Assembly (NCBI GenBank): GCA_963722225.1
Contig: CAVRNM010000068.1
Span: 1-50,406 of the forward strand
Direction: 5' to 3'
Origin: an uncultured Verrucomicrobiae bacterium
Lineage (GTDB): Bacteria > Verrucomicrobiota > Verrucomicrobiia > Opitutales > Opitutaceae
Length of the DNA: 50,406 nucleotides
Shown here piece after piece: positions 47,305 through 50,406 of this stretch. The notes beneath the pieces were generated by a model. It saw nothing but the letters and a program-made list of their open reading frames with translations, was not told the DNA's origin and did not search any database. Numbering within the stretch: the first letter of the stretch is position 1; every line of letters starts with the position of its first letter. The translations under genes were made by a program, and so were the position numbers.

Positions 47305-48717
47305 ATGAAAAAGTGGAAACTTGCCTTGGTCGTGCTCGTGGCTTCCGTCGCGGGTGCGTTCGCCGGAGATATCAGCGGAAGATGGAAGACCCCGATGCCA
47401 TCGCCGGACGGTGGCACCGGTCCGACCTGTTTTTCACTTTTGCCGTCACGGGCGAGCAATTGACCGGAACGGTGGAGTCCCCGATGGGTGCCAACGAGAT
47501 CAAGCGCGGCAAAGTGAACGATCGGCGTTCAGCTTTTCGATCGAGTTCAACGGGAATTCATCGACTACAGAGGCCAGGTCGTCTCGGACGGAGAAATCTC
47601 GGTGGAGGTCGTGGGCTTTGGCGACGGGATGAAGATGAAGCTGACGCGGACGAAAGAAGAGCCGCGCAAGGCCGAAACCCCGAGTCAGCCGAGTACGCCA
47701 CGGACTCATACGTGGTGGCGGGATCGGACTCCGGGCAGCGCCCCTCACGGTTGATAACAAGAAAATGCCCCTGATCTCGGTCAAAGGGAACAAGTTCGTG
47801 GATCCGGAGGGGAATACGGTTCTGTTCCGCGGATTGGCGATCTCGGATCCGGACAAGCTCGAAATGCAGGGACATTGGAGCAAGGACCATTTCATCAAGG
47901 TCAAGGAGATGGGCACCAAATTGGTCCGCATCCCCGTCCATCCCGTCGCCTGGCGCGAACGCACTCCGGCGGAGTACATCAAGCTGCTCGACCAAGCCGT
48001 CGGCTGGTGCACGGAACTGGACATGTATGTCATGCTGGACTGGCACAGCATCGGAAATCTTGAGACGGAGGTCTTTCAGGACCCGATGTACGACACGACC
48101 CAGAGGGAAACCTTCAATTTCTGGCGGATGATGGCCCGGCATTTGCGGCCACAACACGGTCGCGTTCTTCGAACTCTTCAATGAACCCACCACCTACCGC
48201 GATCAATTGGGTCCGGTTTCCTGGAGCGATTGGAAGAAGATCGTGGAGAGCGAAATCACCATGATTCGCGCGACCAATCCCCAGGTGATCCCGGTGGTGG
48301 CGGGGTTCGATTGGGCGTACGACCTGACGCCGTGCGCCTTGCTCCGATCGCCGCGGAGCGCATTGCGTACTCCGTCCACCCCTACGCCAATAAACGTCCC
48401 CCGCCATGGGCGCCGAAATGGGAACTGGATTTCGGCTTCGTGGCCGACAGGTACCCCGTCATCGCCACGGAATTCGGCGGTTTCGCAAAGCACCGCCGCC
48501 GAACGGCGAAAAGCCCGCGGCAGAACTGACCGGTCCGGGCGCCCGCAATGCCACCTATGGCCCGGAGATCATCAAGTATCTCGAAGGGAAAGGCATCAGC
48601 TGGACGGTGTGGTGCTTCGATCCGACGTGGGGGCCGACCCTGATCAAGAATTGGAATTACGAGCTCAGTCCATCGGGAGAATTCGCCAAGGCGGCGATGC
48701 ACGGCGAGATCAAGTAG
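47305..48717 (+). pseudogene. GH5-family glycoside hydrolase, multiply frameshifted (right arm copy)
   Basis: MKKWKLALVVLVASVAGAFAGDISGRWKTPMPSPDGGTG / DLFFTFAVTGEQLTGTVESPMGANEIKRGKVN / SFSIEFNGN / IDYRGQVVSDGEISVEVVGFGDGMKMKLTRTKEEP / TVDNKKMPLISVKGNKFVDPEGN..DWHSIGN.. / ..GPVSWSDWKK.. / ..PVIATEFGG / ..GISWTVWCFDP..GEIK. The frame-break positions differ from the left copy. Confidence 0.75.
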
Positions 48718-48786
48718 CCCGCATCCACTCATGGAGATGCAATCGCGGATTCGTCTTTTTCTCGGTCTTGGGCAATCACTCCCGTC

Positions 48787-48915
48787 ATGAAGATCCGCCC
48801 TGTCATTCTCGCGGTAGTGCTCGGCGCGGGCATTTCCGGCGCCGCCGCGACCTACGACTATCCGTTCCCCGATCCCGACCTGACCCTTCGGAAAACGGTC
48901 ACCGTCCTGCCCTGA
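48787..48915 (+). CDS. 42-aa signal-peptide-like small ORF (right arm copy)
   Basis: Its sequence is identical to 44311-44439 in reverse complement. Confidence 0.3.
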   Translation: MKIRPVILAVVLGAGISGAAATYDYPFPDPDLTLRKTVTVLP

Positions 48916-48954
48916 TTCACCCGGTTCCGCCTTTCTGTCCTCAATCCAACCACC

Positions 48955-50406
48955 ATGAACTCACTCCGCAAAACCTTAGGGGTCGCCTGCCTTCCGCTGC
49001 TCTTCGGCCAAGCCCTGTTCGGCGCCGATCCGGTCATCAAGCCGGTCACTCCGGATGCATTGCCTGAAGCCGCGGCGCTGCTCGCCACGCTGCAGGAGAT
49101 CTCCGGCCACTACACCTTGACGGGCCGGCACAATCCCCCGATCGGAGGCGACCGGAATTCGGGGTTTGCGGCCAAGTACATCGGCAAATATCCGGCGGTC
49201 TGGACCTGCGATTTTGGATTCGCCGCGGCCGGTGACTTGGACTCCACGTTGGCGCGTCCCAACATCGTGAAGGAGGCCATCCGCCAGCACCAGATGGGCT
49301 CGATCATCAGCCTCTGCTGGCACGCGGTGCCGCCCACCGCCGACGAGCCGGTCACCTTCCGTCCCCTGCCTGGCGCCGATCCCAAGATGCTCAAGAGCGT
49401 CCAAGGACGGCTCCTCGACGAGCAGTTCAAGGATGTCCTCACGCCGGGCACCGCCTTGTACAATCACTGGGCCGCGCAGGTCGACGTCATCGCCGGTTTT
49501 CTCAGCAGTTGCAGGACGCCCATGTCCCCATTCTCTGGCGGCCCTACCACGAGAACAATGGCGACTGGTTCTGGTGGGGCGGGCGCTACGAAGGGCAATA
49601 CACCACGGCGGCACTCTACCGCCAGCTCTTTGACCGGCTGGTCAATCACCACCAGCTGAAGAACCTGATCTGGCTCTGGAGCATGGATCGCGTCAGCGAA
49701 AAGCCGGAGCGGGAGCACGCGAAATATTTTCCGGCATCGAATATGTGGATGTGCTGGGCCTCGACGTTTACGGGAACGACTTCGCCCAATCGTATTATGA
49801 CAGCCTCGTGAAGCTGTCGCAGGGCAAACCGCTCGCCCTGGCGGAAGTGGCGCTCCCCCGGCCCCCGAGATCCTGGAAAAACAGCCGCTCTGGACCTACT
49901 ATGCCATCTGGTCGGGGATGGTGCGGAACACGACGAAGAAGCAATATGGCGTCGTGATGAGCTCCCCGCGGATGCTCGGATTGAATGATGCGAAGTACGC
50001 AAGCGAATGCTGCCTATCGGAACACGTGCGGATTGCCGCCGGCCCACGTCGCACTCCCCTCAGGGAATTTTACCGGCACCTGGGTGCTCAACGAGGAGGC
50101 GAGCCAATTCGGCCCGATGGGCGCTGGTTTCTCTTTCCCCCGGCTCGTGGTCACCCACCAGGGCAATGTGCTCACCGTGCAATCGACCAGTCCGAGAATC
50201 CAGGGATGATGAGACCACCGAGACGAAATACCTGCTCGACGGCACCGAAACGAAATCGGAGGTCATGAGATTTCCCCGCACCACCGTCGCCCGGCTGGGC
50301 GACGATGGATCCACGATTCGATGGATTCGACACCGCTGTGCCCTTCGGGCCTCCCGGATCCAAGTTGAAGACCCAGGAAACCTGGACGCTGGAGACGAGC
50401 TGATGA
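48955..50406 (+). pseudogene. GH26-family glycoside hydrolase, frameshifted copy; 3' end runs off the window
   Basis: The first 187 aa are nearly identical to the left copy (four substitutions: M/I, K/G, S/L, K/S). The frame breaks at CTCAGCAG where the left copy has CTCAAGCAG, again at GAAGTGGCG where the left has GAAGTCGGCG, and further downstream. Confidence 0.75.

Larger units (their letters stand above)
42820..50406. repeat. Large imperfect palindrome (two ~3.8-kb inverted arms, 35-nt centre at 46594-46628)
   Basis: Mirrored anchor pairs sum to 93220-93226 along the whole arms:
- 44271/48955
- 44311/48915
- 44509/48717
- 45916/47305
- 46424/46796

The right arm is truncated by the window end. 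Confidence 0.85.

Overview
High-GC bacterial chromosomal segment. By eye GC is well above 60% (not computed). Gene content suggests a PVC-type, Verrucomicrobia/Opitutales-like organism, but that is an inference. I recognised no rRNA, tRNA, CRISPR array, transposase, integrase or phage genes.

Gene order:
- 5'-truncated gldG-like ABC auxiliary gene, DUF4340 gene, AsmA-like giant membrane protein.
- Two large hybrid histidine kinases flanking a cytoplasmic sulfatase-like gene. That gene lacks the formylglycine motif and carries a 21-nt tandem-repeat insertion.
- fabG-acpP-fabF cluster. fabF and fabG are broken by six single-base insertions; acpP is intact.
- Secreted SH3-like protein, folD, a REC-histidine kinase, proC, hldD.
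- An 0.8-kb gap with a PIN-toxin remnant and strong hairpins.
- A ~12.4-kb minus-strand respiratory supercluster: actABCDEF (Alternative Complex III), a small TM protein, then ccoS-ccoN-ccoO and a mono-heme CcoP-like cytochrome c (cbb3 oxidase). Its unusually long intercistronic gaps are filled with degenerate CCAAA-type repeats and one REP-like palindrome.
- Frameshifted yhcH-like gene, SulP/STAS transporter, parB, LysM coiled-coil protein, fmt, a small ORF, a cupin.
- From ~42.8 kb to the window end, a ~7.6-kb imperfect palindrome that mirrors a GH26/GH5 glycoside-hydrolase locus around a 35-nt centre at ~46.61 kb.

Three short REP/MITE-like repeat families are scattered in intergenic regions.

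The most unusual items are the large palindrome (a real fold-back duplication or an assembly chimera), the CA-rich repeat spacers inside the ACIII/cbb3 operon, and the clustered frameshifts. I see no convincing novel multi-gene system such as a defence island. Long antisense ORFs in the track are high-GC artefacts.
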